From a virus: 64,000 nt of DNA. Of the stretch, positions 46,730 through 56,152 are shown one piece after another (within the stretch, counting starts at the first letter, position 1; each line of letters opens with the position of its first letter). The stretch covers positions 38,599-102,598 of IMG/VR virus record IMGVR_UViG_3300047586_000066. The stretch is one strand, 5' to 3'. The notes below the pieces were generated by a model, which made no database searches, was not told the origin of the DNA, and was given only the letters and a program-made list of their open reading frames with translations. Position numbers and translations under genes: made by a program.

Positions 46730-47551
46730 TCAGGATTTCCTATAAGCTAATTTCATTGTTGTGTTTGGAGAGGCACCCGCAGTAAACCCAACCACCTTGA
46801 ATACACCAGTCACGCCCGTATCAATAGGAACGGTCAACTCCGCCGCGTTGGCCTGCCCTGAATCCACATGTAAGGCTTGGTTCTTTCTTCCAAACAGATA
46901 GTTGCCCGTTGCTCCCATTTCAGATGGGAAGAATACGAGAGCCCCCGTCATGGACACCAACGCAGGAGTCGCGTATCCGCCCGACAGGGATCTTCCATAC
47001 ACATAGGGAGCAACACTGTAAGCAGTCGCTCCGTTCGCAAGCAACCACACATTATCAGACCCCTGGGATGCCAGGGCTCCGGCGGTAGTTCGCGGTCCCG
47101 CCGATGCAAAGTAATATCCCCTTGGGATTCCGATCGTGTCGGGATACACGTCCAGCAATCCACAATCAAAAGCCTCCGGTGTGGCCCTCTCCGAGGAGAC
47201 GCAAATCCCGTATTGGTTTGTGTAATAATGGATTGTAGTTCCACCAGCATCGACGTCCTGTCGAACATCGGTTAAATTGTTTATCAGGAGGCCCGTGTGA
47301 TCATTGATAATCCAGGCTATCCTGGTAGCTGAAATCCTGGTCATATTGACTGTAAAGAAAAGACCATCGGATCGGACGGGCGACTTGATGGTCGTAGGAG
47401 TGACCCCGGTTCCACCAAGAATTGTGGTCCACGCCGGGTTGCCGTTTGTGACGCATTCCGCTACCAGATCGTCGATGATCGACTGAACGTCAGTGACGGC
47501 CAAATGCTCCAGATATCGGAAATTGCAGCTCAGGAAATTTGGTACTGTCAT
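46730..47551 (-). CDS. putative tail protein, paralog of 45904..46728
   Basis: same shared motifs. Confidence 0.65.
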   Translation of the reverse strand: MTVPNFLSCNFRYLEHLAVTDVQSIIDDLVAECVTNGNPAWTTILGGTGVTPTTIKSPVRSDGLFFTVNMTRISATRIAWIINDHTGLLINNLTDVRQDVDAGGTTIHYYTNQYGICVSSERATPEAFDCGLLDVYPDTIGIPRGYYFASAGPRTTAGALASQGSDNVWLLANGATAYSVAPYVYGRSLSGGYATPALVSMTGALVFFPSEMGATGNYLFGRKNQALHVDSGQANAAELTVPIDTGVTGVFKVVGFTAGASPNTTMKLAYRKS

Positions 47552-47558
47552 GTTACTC

Positions 47559-48437
47559 CTATGCGTAATCCTGTAAGAACCCGGTAATGATCACTTTATC
47601 CAGGATCGAATTGTAGATTCCCGCCAAAAGACTCCATCGATTTGGTGTCAGTGTCAGGATGACTGGGGGTACGTTATTCGGGACCACAAATTTTGAATCC
47701 AAGGTGATCGTTCGGTTCCCGCTGCCATCCTGCAAAAACTCCCAGATAAAACGCTGTCCATCGACTGGGGTGGTGACATTCCCGAGCGTCCGATTTCCCC
47801 CAAGAGTTACCCTGAAGTGATTCCCGAGGGACGCGTCGGTGACAATCGTCGCCGCATCGGCCAAGTTTGCTACCGCTGGAAGAATTGATCCGGCAGTAGC
47901 CTTAATCTGACCCTGTACTTCCAATTTATAAGCTGGAGCTCCCGGAGTCCCGAGCCCAATTTTGCCGGCGGCTTCCTTGATAACAGAATCGCCGATCGTT
48001 CCGGCAGCGGTAAATTTGGGTAGAGTCCCAATCGTCCCGCTTCCTCCAACCTTGGCATTAAAGATTACCCAGTCTGTGGCTGAGATATATCCGTCGACTG
48101 CGGCTGTGGCCTTGAGGATGGAGATCGTAATGGGTGGGACTCCGCCTCCGGTGAGTGGCGCCGCTGTGCTGACAGATCCGCCGCCGACGCCGCCCGCGCC
48201 GGCTAGACTCTTTACCAGGGCGATCGTTGCGAAGTCCGTTCCAGGTTCTTTACTTTGATTGGCGGGCCCGTTGATGATCGGGTATCCGCCCATGTCGAGC
48301 GGTCCTGTGAACTTTACTCCGCCTTTGGCTGAGTCGACAGAATCAAGGCGCTTGAAGATCTGGCGCAAAACGAAGTTGAGTTTTTCTTTCCAGGATTTTT
48401 CGTCCAGACCCGGGTCTAATTGATAGAAGTCCGCCAC
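47559..48437 (-). CDS. short tail-fibre-like protein
   Basis: Gly-rich fibre motifs (GYISATDW..FNAK, PAYKLEVQG, TLGGNRTL, QDGSGNRTIT). Confidence 0.65.
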   Translation of the reverse strand: MADFYQLDPGLDEKSWKEKLNFVLRQIFKRLDSVDSAKGGVKFTGPLDMGGYPIINGPANQSKEPGTDFATIALVKSLAGAGGVGGGSVSTAAPLTGGGVPPITISILKATAAVDGYISATDWVIFNAKVGGSGTIGTLPKFTAAGTIGDSVIKEAAGKIGLGTPGAPAYKLEVQGQIKATAGSILPAVANLADAATIVTDASLGNHFRVTLGGNRTLGNVTTPVDGQRFIWEFLQDGSGNRTITLDSKFVVPNNVPPVILTLTPNRWSLLAGIYNSILDKVIITGFLQDYA

Positions 48438-48447
48438 GTAGGACCTC

Positions 48448-51400
48448 CTATAGGGTCTGAGGCGGCGAGAGCTTCACTCTACCGTAACCGTCCTCGGGGT
48501 TGGTGCCTTTCATCTCTACTTCACTTTTTTCCCAATAGAGCTGAAAGGCAAAGGGAGAGCTGAACAAAATCCGGAATAACCGACCTTCGATATTGCTCTC
48601 AAGGTCGATTCTCCTCTTGTTGTGTCCGGTGACCCTGCGATCGATTGAGATTGTTTTCGTCGACGCCAGAACATCATCGGCATAGAGTTGCATCGTCACC
48701 GCGGAATCTGGATTCTTCATTGCAAGCCACAGGCGCCGGATAACCTTAGTCCGATCATAAGAGAAGAGTTGCTCGTAGGTGTCCGAGAAGGTGACGTCAG
48801 CCGGGTCTTTGTCGATGACGAACCGGATAGAATAGACGCGCACTCCCTGGGGCAAGCAGCAGAACGGATCCAGGAAAGTTTCATTCACCGTTACCCGGCC
48901 GAGTTTCCCGAACAGGTCTTTGTCCAAAGACTTGGTAACGAGGGCCCTGCCATCCGTTCGGATATCAAAACTCTGTTTGATCTTACCATCGACCCAGAAA
49001 TCGAAGCCGATCGCCGTGTTGTTGGTATCGATGTCGAAAATGATTTCCTTCCAGAGTTTCGGATAAGGCCATTGTTCCTCAGACCAAGGCACCTGATAAC
49101 TGTTGATCTGCGGCGGCTCGGGCAAAGTCTGGATGCTATGGTCGTAGAGTTTTACTTCGTTCTCTCCCTGGGGAACAATCTTTAGCCGTGCCAGCGTCCC
49201 ACGGAGATCCGGAGGCAGCCCATAAAAGAATTTAGTGCGGCCGTTGGCTGTCGTGTTTGCTTTGATGGTCGCGCCCAATGCCTGATCGATTTGGACCTCA
49301 ATTCTGTCGAGAGGGAAACCGAAGGTATCAAGTTCAATCCAAAGTTCTCTGAAGAATTTAGGGTTCGGAGATCCATAATCATACCATTCCGTAACGAACG
49401 TCCGGTGCTTCATCGGTTCCAGCAGGACCCGATGTATTACCTTGAAAAGTTTTGTCGACCTGATAGCTGTGACGCTCTGTCTGGAAATAACCCGGATCGA
49501 ACTGCGACGAGCCAGGAAACCTTCGCCTTCCCCCATAGGACATGGAAGGATAAACTGGTCTCTTCGAGTGGTGCGAACGTCTCCAAGAATCTGCTTATCC
49601 CAGCCGTCGAAAGTAACCTCGAATCTGACCGGATAGCCCAGGGTGTCTACGTCGAAAACGTAATCGATGAACCGCTTTTCCTGGTCCGGATATCCGAGAT
49701 CGAATTCCTTTGTGTCCATCGCATAGAAGATTCCTCGGTTCCCGGACTCGCATTGATCGAAGAAACCGTTTTCCATCTGCATGACCCAGGCGCCGCTGAA
49801 GGCGAAATCCAAAGGAACGCCGTTAATGAGCGCGTCCCACTGAGTCACGTTGGAACCGGCAAGGAGTTTGGTTTCCGGCTCAAAGAACAATCCCTGACAG
49901 CCGTAGAGGTAGTAATGCCACCGGCTATATATGATGTCCCAAACCAGCATGTTGTCATTCTTGACCGTGATATCTGGCAATCTGGGATAGCTGAAATAGA
50001 GTTTGGAATTCCAGAACGCCATCGCAATTTCATGCTCGCGGCCCTTCTGAATTGCCGGCGCTTCGTTCACCGTTTCATTGAAGAAGATCGGATTGATCAG
50101 CTCGCTTATCTTGGTGCCGGACGGGAATTCATAAACCCCATCATAGCAGTACATGAAGATTTGTCGATCGCCGCGACACACTCCGAAAGGACTCATCAGA
50201 CCTTTGTTGATCGCGGTCGAGGGAGCCTGGTAGGAGTTGAGATCCGCTCCGGTGACACGATAGACCCTGGTGAGCGTAAAGACGAAGAGTTCTCCGTCAT
50301 TCTCCATAACTCGCTGAATCGCTTCTGACCCGGTTCCGACATAGATATAGTTCTCTGCGGGAAACAGTTCGACCCTGGTTCTCTTGGAAAATCTCAACCG
50401 GTTAGGAGGCTCGTTTACCACAGTCCCGGTCGAATCGGTTATCGATCCTCCCCATGTCCACAGGCGATTATCCGAGAACTCCAGACCGGCAACGTTATCC
50501 GGAGGAAGCTGATTGTCTGTCTCAAGCACATCTCCGAGAGCCGAGTCTGGAGTGCTATCTGTATAGACCGGGGGTATGGCTCCAGGTGTGTATGGGATTT
50601 CATCCACAAGCTGGAACTGGGTTATTGTCGCCCCCATCCTGTAAATCCTAATTTTATCAGGATCAGCCATGGGCGGAGTCGTCAGCGGGCACGGAGGGAA
50701 AGTGAGGTCGAACACTCCGTACTCTATTACCCCAGATGTAGGACCGGCAATCGTGTCCGCGTAATCGCTTTCCGTGTCTGTCTTCGAATTGTAATAAGTG
50801 AAAGTGTACTTGAGATCCGGGGCTGTCGTGCTGACTCCCGTTGCAACCTGACCGGTCTTATTGAGAGACATCTGGTCCCAATACACATTGCAAGGGGTGA
50901 GAGCTCCAGCGATCGGTGTAACTATCAGATTGATGGCTGTGACGTTGGCCCAGGTAAGCGAAGGGTCTGGTCCGGAGAACTGGAACGTGTTCTTTGGGAT
51001 CTGGACTAGGTTCCAAACTCCTGCGACTAAGCCGACTGTCGGCACGTCACACCACATTATGTTTTCGAACGTGACATCACTTGGAGTCAGGCTCAGTCCG
51101 AACTGGATAGTCGCTACTCCAAAAGCGTCGATGTCGTCCTGGCTTGGGAACATCATGTAAACCTGGATCGACTGAGTAAGATCGCTTTGGTTTAGATCGA
51201 TAGTCGTAGCAGCAACCGGCTTATGACATGATCCTGTCGTATCGGGTGGGCTGACCAACGTGCTCATGGCCTTTGTTCCCACTATTCCAGTGACATCGGC
51301 CAGAGTCATACTCGCGTCAGGAGTCCAGGTAGCTTTGCTCTCAAAGTCTTCAATTCCAGTGGTCGCTGCGGTTCCAATCGCTATATTTGTGATCGGAGAG

Positions 51401-51870
51401 AGAGGTCGAGGGATGCCCACACGACGAGCTGCATTGGAGCCGCCTGAATGTTTCAGAAGCGCCTTCCCATCCGTGAAAAACATAAAAGGCTTCAGCTCCG
51501 AACCTGTGAGCGTATAGCTCCCAAAGAACGCTCTCGGGTCATCAGCGATTGACAGGTTGCTTCCACCTGTTACTTGAGTGAATGCTCCCGGATTTGGGCT
51601 GACCTGGGCAATATAGAGCTGGGCAGCGCAGATAGCGTATCTCCAGACCACGCCGTCATAATCTCTGATGATAAATGACGAGTGAGGAGTCGCGGGAAGA
51701 CCGTCATTGAACCTGGAAAATCCTTTGCGGACGGAGATCGAGTTCTCCTGGTCGGTGAACATATTGACCAAGAGTTTGTAGGCAGTAATCGGAATCTCAT
51801 CCGGAGTGGACTTGAGGACCATTCCAGTGTTTGCGAAAGTGATCGGAATGGATTTCGTTGTCTCTGGCAT
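48448..51870 (-). CDS. tail nozzle / DNA stabilisation-like protein
   Basis: 1140-aa beta-rich protein, NRLW/RLRFS/LFVF propeller-like motifs, follows adaptor genes. Confidence 0.6.
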   Translation of the reverse strand: MPETTKSIPITFANTGMVLKSTPDEIPITAYKLLVNMFTDQENSISVRKGFSRFNDGLPATPHSSFIIRDYDGVVWRYAICAAQLYIAQVSPNPGAFTQVTGGSNLSIADDPRAFFGSYTLTGSELKPFMFFTDGKALLKHSGGSNAARRVGIPRPLSPITNIAIGTAATTGIEDFESKATWTPDASMTLADVTGIVGTKAMSTLVSPPDTTGSCHKPVAATTIDLNQSDLTQSIQVYMMFPSQDDIDAFGVATIQFGLSLTPSDVTFENIMWCDVPTVGLVAGVWNLVQIPKNTFQFSGPDPSLTWANVTAINLIVTPIAGALTPCNVYWDQMSLNKTGQVATGVSTTAPDLKYTFTYYNSKTDTESDYADTIAGPTSGVIEYGVFDLTFPPCPLTTPPMADPDKIRIYRMGATITQFQLVDEIPYTPGAIPPVYTDSTPDSALGDVLETDNQLPPDNVAGLEFSDNRLWTWGGSITDSTGTVVNEPPNRLRFSKRTRVELFPAENYIYVGTGSEAIQRVMENDGELFVFTLTRVYRVTGADLNSYQAPSTAINKGLMSPFGVCRGDRQIFMYCYDGVYEFPSGTKISELINPIFFNETVNEAPAIQKGREHEIAMAFWNSKLYFSYPRLPDITVKNDNMLVWDIIYSRWHYYLYGCQGLFFEPETKLLAGSNVTQWDALINGVPLDFAFSGAWVMQMENGFFDQCESGNRGIFYAMDTKEFDLGYPDQEKRFIDYVFDVDTLGYPVRFEVTFDGWDKQILGDVRTTRRDQFILPCPMGEGEGFLARRSSIRVISRQSVTAIRSTKLFKVIHRVLLEPMKHRTFVTEWYDYGSPNPKFFRELWIELDTFGFPLDRIEVQIDQALGATIKANTTANGRTKFFYGLPPDLRGTLARLKIVPQGENEVKLYDHSIQTLPEPPQINSYQVPWSEEQWPYPKLWKEIIFDIDTNNTAIGFDFWVDGKIKQSFDIRTDGRALVTKSLDKDLFGKLGRVTVNETFLDPFCCLPQGVRVYSIRFVIDKDPADVTFSDTYEQLFSYDRTKVIRRLWLAMKNPDSAVTMQLYADDVLASTKTISIDRRVTGHNKRRIDLESNIEGRLFRILFSSPFAFQLYWEKSEVEMKGTNPEDGYGRVKLSPPQTL

Positions 51871-51873
51871 ATC

Positions 51874-52545
51874 TTATCCTGCCTGTGTGGCCATCGGGTT
51901 TGCCGGTAATGCGCTTCCCTGAACTAATCGTTTCGCCAGTGATACTCCCAGCATGTATCTTTGATGGCAATACCCGCTTCGCTTCACGTCCTGGTAATCC
52001 CCATCCTTGCCCAAAGCCAGAGCGAGGACATCCCACCGGATGTATGGCTCCCAGGCATCGATCACGTTAAGATTCTCGGCGTAGCCGGCTGGGTAGGCCG
52101 CATGAACAGTGGGGACCATAGTCACGAAGAAACGGAATGCGCCTCCGGCAACCGGCCTTCGGTTGACTTCGAAATTGTTTACGCCCAAGTGATCTTCATG
52201 CCAATACTTGGGCTGACCTGGGGCACTGTTCCTCCAGTTTGGATTCTGCCTTGTTAAGTCCCAGGTAGACTGGCGCCTCATTCTCTTTTTATTAAAGCTC
52301 AGTCTTTCAATATCCATAGCTCCTACCGGCTTGGTGAATCCGATAGTATTGCCGGCTGGCATGGCTTGGCTGATGTCGAATATTTTGATTCCAGTCTGGC
52401 GAAACCAATCCTTCTCCACGTAATTCACGTAGCCGATCATTTCATCTGGATTCCAATAAGGAGCCTCGGCACCCAGCTTAAAGGTGTTATCCTTCTGGTG
52501 GAGATCTCGGGCAACCCTCGTTAGCGTATTCCCGACAGTCGTCAT
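51874..52545 (-). CDS. head-tail adaptor-like protein
   Basis: helical ends, W...E.I.Y.N pattern shared with its neighbour. Confidence 0.55.
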   Translation of the reverse strand: MTTVGNTLTRVARDLHQKDNTFKLGAEAPYWNPDEMIGYVNYVEKDWFRQTGIKIFDISQAMPAGNTIGFTKPVGAMDIERLSFNKKRMRRQSTWDLTRQNPNWRNSAPGQPKYWHEDHLGVNNFEVNRRPVAGGAFRFFVTMVPTVHAAYPAGYAENLNVIDAWEPYIRWDVLALALGKDGDYQDVKRSGYCHQRYMLGVSLAKRLVQGSALPANPMATQAG

Positions 52546-53231
52546 TGCTTACCTCCGGGTTCGAGTCCTGCCGGATAAGTCGTTTCCGATGTTTTGGTCT
52601 CCGGCTCAATGTCCCAAGCCGGATAGCGGCGGATGACGTTGCGCCCGCTCAACTGCTGAACTGCATCGAGGAACCTGGCATAGAAAGGCTCCATCTGATC
52701 CAGCTCTGGCCCACCCTCACGGAACATCGCACGATGAACCATGTAGTCCTCGATGGCAGTTTCGTACTCCGGCCTGATGCTTAGAAAGAAAGTCGGATCA
52801 TCGATGATCGTCGGATGCATGGCCATTTCTTCCACTTGCATCGAGGTAGGCTGGATTAACGGACGAGGCCAAATAATAAAAGACTGGAGACCCATGGGCG
52901 ACCAAACTCGAATATTCAGACGTTTTTGGTTGTCTTCTTCCCAGTCCACTTTATTGTCCAGTTCATTTACTGGCTCTCGCTGGAGATAATAGCCGTTGAC
53001 CCTGACAGCCATGGGAGCGATCGCCGTAGCACCAAGCGAATAGGCATTCACATTGTTGACCGTGCTTACGGTCTCTGTGGTTTGGATTTCAGCCGCAATA
53101 AGATTGAGTTCGTTGACAGCCTCAGTGAGGTAGTCGAGCAACTCCGCTCTCGTCCAGTGCACTGGTGCACTCGTACTCAGCTCGGAAAGTCTTCGGATTG
53201 CTTGGTCTATGATCTGCGCTGTCGATGCCAT
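52542..53231 (-). CDS. head-tail adaptor-like protein
   Basis: WTRAELLDYLTEA..YSL..IWPRP..YETAIEDY. Confidence 0.6.
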   Translation of the reverse strand: MASTAQIIDQAIRRLSELSTSAPVHWTRAELLDYLTEAVNELNLIAAEIQTTETVSTVNNVNAYSLGATAIAPMAVRVNGYYLQREPVNELDNKVDWEEDNQKRLNIRVWSPMGLQSFIIWPRPLIQPTSMQVEEMAMHPTIIDDPTFFLSIRPEYETAIEDYMVHRAMFREGGPELDQMEPFYARFLDAVQQLSGRNVIRRYPAWDIEPETKTSETTYPAGLEPGGKQ

Positions 53232-53245
53232 TGTCTCTCACAGGG

Positions 53246-53602
53246 TTATGTCGTTTTCGTGACGTCCGGGAGGATAATCAGGTTCCCGCTGTTTACGGTA
53301 TAAATGTTTCCCGAGGCATCTTTGACCTGGCAATCCCACAGAAGCATGACCTTTGTGTCTGGCTCCCCGGAAGTGTCTGCGTTAGCGATCGTCACTTGGC
53401 ACAGACCGTTCGGAGCGTCGGTGATTGTGATCCCGCCATTCGTAGTTGATTTCTGAAATACCGACTGATTGTCAGGATCCGAGTATTGATTCTTCACCGT
53501 GAACCAGACGGTACAGCCAGTGAGGTTAAACACAGCCCCTCCAGCCGTGACAGCCACGTTCAGTTTGACGGTATCACCGCGGTAGATCGTTAAGTCTGTC
53601 AT
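53246..53602 (-). CDS. BppU N-terminal-like Ig domain protein
   Basis: IYRGDT..NLTGCTV.FTVK..G...VTI...DT..WDCQV..G.L.I.PDVT. Confidence 0.65.
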   Translation of the reverse strand: MTDLTIYRGDTVKLNVAVTAGGAVFNLTGCTVWFTVKNQYSDPDNQSVFQKSTTNGGITITDAPNGLCQVTIANADTSGEPDTKVMLLWDCQVKDASGNIYTVNSGNLIILPDVTKTT

Positions 53603-53609
53603 ATTCTCC

Positions 53610-53924
53610 TCACTGAGCGCATCTCACTGTAGCTGTGGGTCTTGTTTCAATAATCACCGTGGCCTGTGGAACACAATAAAGATTGGTGTTCGGTGAACAC
53701 TGGATCACCGAGACCCCTCCTCCAGGCTGAGGCTGAGTATTGATCTGAGTGATGATCCTCTGCATGATGAATCCGGCGCTATACAGAGTTTCGATCGTCG
53801 TCGAAGATCCGGCGCCAATTATAAACGGCAAGGGAGCATCCCTGCCGGTCTGACCGTGCGCCGTTGGATCGACCGGGAAGACTCGAGTAGGAGCTGGGAT
53901 TGGAAAGATTCTTCCGATTGTCAT
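53610..53924 (-). CDS. hypothetical virion protein
   Basis: overlap-coupled ORF. Confidence 0.55.
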   Translation of the reverse strand: MTIGRIFPIPAPTRVFPVDPTAHGQTGRDAPLPFIIGAGSSTTIETLYSAGFIMQRIITQINTQPQPGGGVSVIQCSPNTNLYCVPQATVIIETRPTATVRCAQ

Positions 53925-56152
53925 TTAGGCCCCTCTCCCACGATTATCCCCTTGGTCACTGTGATCGCACTCAAGGTCGAAGTGTCTCCAGCTATGCCAT
54001 GCTGCTGATGAACCAAAGGCATAATCCGGTAACCCTCAACCCCTTGGATATGGGTTGGCCGACCCATCGTTGCTTGGGTGAGGGTATTGAAGCCTGCCCC
54101 ATTGATCTGGTACTCGAGTAAATACCATCCGACAAACTTCTCAGCCGGAGACTCCTGAATCGTAACGCGAAGATCGCAGGCAAATCCCGGCGCCGGCATT
54201 GCGATGTCTACTGGAGTTGGAAGCGCATATTCTACGGGACCGTTCTTGGTAACCATCGTCCAGGAGGCAAGAGCAAGACGCAGTTTTCTTGCAGCAGCCG
54301 CGTAGACGCTTCTTGCGCTCAATGCCCAAAGCATTTGGGAATTCAATCCAGGAACCGGCTCCTGGTTTCCCATCCAAAGCGCCAGCATAAGCGATTGAGA
54401 AGGATAATTATGGCCGGCATCATCGCTAAACGTCACAGCCGTCCAACTCGACATTACCTGGATCTGTCCATCAAGCCCAGGCATGATATAGGCTCGATTG
54501 ACAACTCCTGCTATGCCCGAATTGTTTGTTCCAGCGTGAGCCTCTGCCACTGTGACAGTCCCATTGGCGTTGATCGTCAGCGATACTCGATCGCCGCCTA
54601 TAATAGGAATCCACCAATTCGGATCGTCGAATCGATTCCAGGTATATGCTCCCAGGATTCGATCTCCCCCGATATATCCCGTGCTGTGCGTGTTCGCGTT
54701 ATCAGCCCGGCTGTAGCCATTCTCAAACCACACGCGAGCCTCGACGTTTGTAAGTCCTGCTGGGATCGGGATGGGATCGCTGACGAACTCTCTTGTAGCG
54801 AGATCGTTCACAAATGACTCAGGAATGAAACCCTCGGACCCAGAAGTAAAGAATCCACCATTAGGCTGAGCTCCAAGGAATCCTTCTGAGATCCAATTCC
54901 AGGGTGGTTTGACGATCTTCAACCGTACCTGGTCGTAGACCGGACCCGTCTTATGCGCGGACGTCAACGGTCTCCAGCGGCCATGAATGACCATGGCGGT
55001 CCCGTTGAGAGACTTCACTGTAGCCCACTGGCAGTTTGCCAGGGTCCAGGAACCAGCTCCCTGAACATCAATCAGAACAAGGTCTCCTACTGAGGCCGTG
55101 CCCCAGGTTCCCGGAGTGATGAATGTCAGAGTCGCTGGATCAAATTGATGATTGGCCCCGGAGCCATCATACTCAGTGACCGCAGCTCCGGCATTTGCAT
55201 CGAGTTCTCGCCAGCTTCCTGTTGAGGCATCTTTGACCTGAACCATCCAGTAAAGGATATTCACGCCGTTTGTAGCCGGCCTTGTGGCATGAACAATTAC
55301 CGTATTGGCGATCGGACCATTCTCGACACTGACCGACCATCCGGAAGGTGGGCCGCTATCATAGGTCGTGTTGGTATTCACCCGCTGAGTGACAGCCATG
55401 GGCGTGATGTTTCCATCCGACCAGTTGGACCAGCCGAAACTGTTATGCAGCCTCCAGGCAAAGTACCAGGTTCCCTGAGCCGCGCTCGTCCAGATGTACT
55501 GAGCTCCTTCTGAATTAGCCACGATGCCTGTTATGATGAGCTGCGTTGTACCATTGTGCGCGAAGGATCCGCCCTCGCCGGCTGTTCTAAGATCTTCCAA
55601 AACCGGTAAAGTCGCTCCTGCCGCAACCAAGATAGCTCTAAATTCAGCCTGGTCGATAGCCGGGGCGTTCTTTGCAGCGAAGACTCCGGACGTGACATCG
55701 AGTCCATTCGCATAAGCACTGGCCTTTAATCCGTCCGGGACACCGACCACATTGGTGCTGAACTCTGAGAGAGCGTAAGTGATCTTGATATCGTAGGTTT
55801 TGTTTGAAACGTCATTGTTCTGGATCCGGCAATACATACTCAGCGCCGACAAGGCATCATAGTATCTACCGACAAATCCTTCGTTGCGCTCGGCAAACGA
55901 GCCCGCATTGTCTTCAACCGGATCATAAAACTTTGTTCCGCTCCAAATCCCGGAATTGTATAGCACTTGCCCGGCCGCTCTGGCTGAATTGGAGTGAATC
56001 CAGAACTGCGCCGTTCCGGCAACAACCGCCGGAGTGATCTCGATCTTCACGATATCCACGAAGTTATTGGGCAGGCTTCGAGAGAAATCCAGTATTCCGC
56101 CGTTGGCGAGAACAGATGCGGTCGTGAAGGAGTCAGTCGTATATCTGGACAT
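53921..56152 (-). CDS. tail/receptor-binding protein paralog 3
   Basis: conserved blocks shared with two upstream genes; FN3-like WRLHNSFGWSNW. Confidence 0.7.
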   Translation of the reverse strand: MSRYTTDSFTTASVLANGGILDFSRSLPNNFVDIVKIEITPAVVAGTAQFWIHSNSARAAGQVLYNSGIWSGTKFYDPVEDNAGSFAERNEGFVGRYYDALSALSMYCRIQNNDVSNKTYDIKITYALSEFSTNVVGVPDGLKASAYANGLDVTSGVFAAKNAPAIDQAEFRAILVAAGATLPVLEDLRTAGEGGSFAHNGTTQLIITGIVANSEGAQYIWTSAAQGTWYFAWRLHNSFGWSNWSDGNITPMAVTQRVNTNTTYDSGPPSGWSVSVENGPIANTVIVHATRPATNGVNILYWMVQVKDASTGSWRELDANAGAAVTEYDGSGANHQFDPATLTFITPGTWGTASVGDLVLIDVQGAGSWTLANCQWATVKSLNGTAMVIHGRWRPLTSAHKTGPVYDQVRLKIVKPPWNWISEGFLGAQPNGGFFTSGSEGFIPESFVNDLATREFVSDPIPIPAGLTNVEARVWFENGYSRADNANTHSTGYIGGDRILGAYTWNRFDDPNWWIPIIGGDRVSLTINANGTVTVAEAHAGTNNSGIAGVVNRAYIMPGLDGQIQVMSSWTAVTFSDDAGHNYPSQSLMLALWMGNQEPVPGLNSQMLWALSARSVYAAAARKLRLALASWTMVTKNGPVEYALPTPVDIAMPAPGFACDLRVTIQESPAEKFVGWYLLEYQINGAGFNTLTQATMGRPTHIQGVEGYRIMPLVHQQHGIAGDTSTLSAITVTKGIIVGEGPK

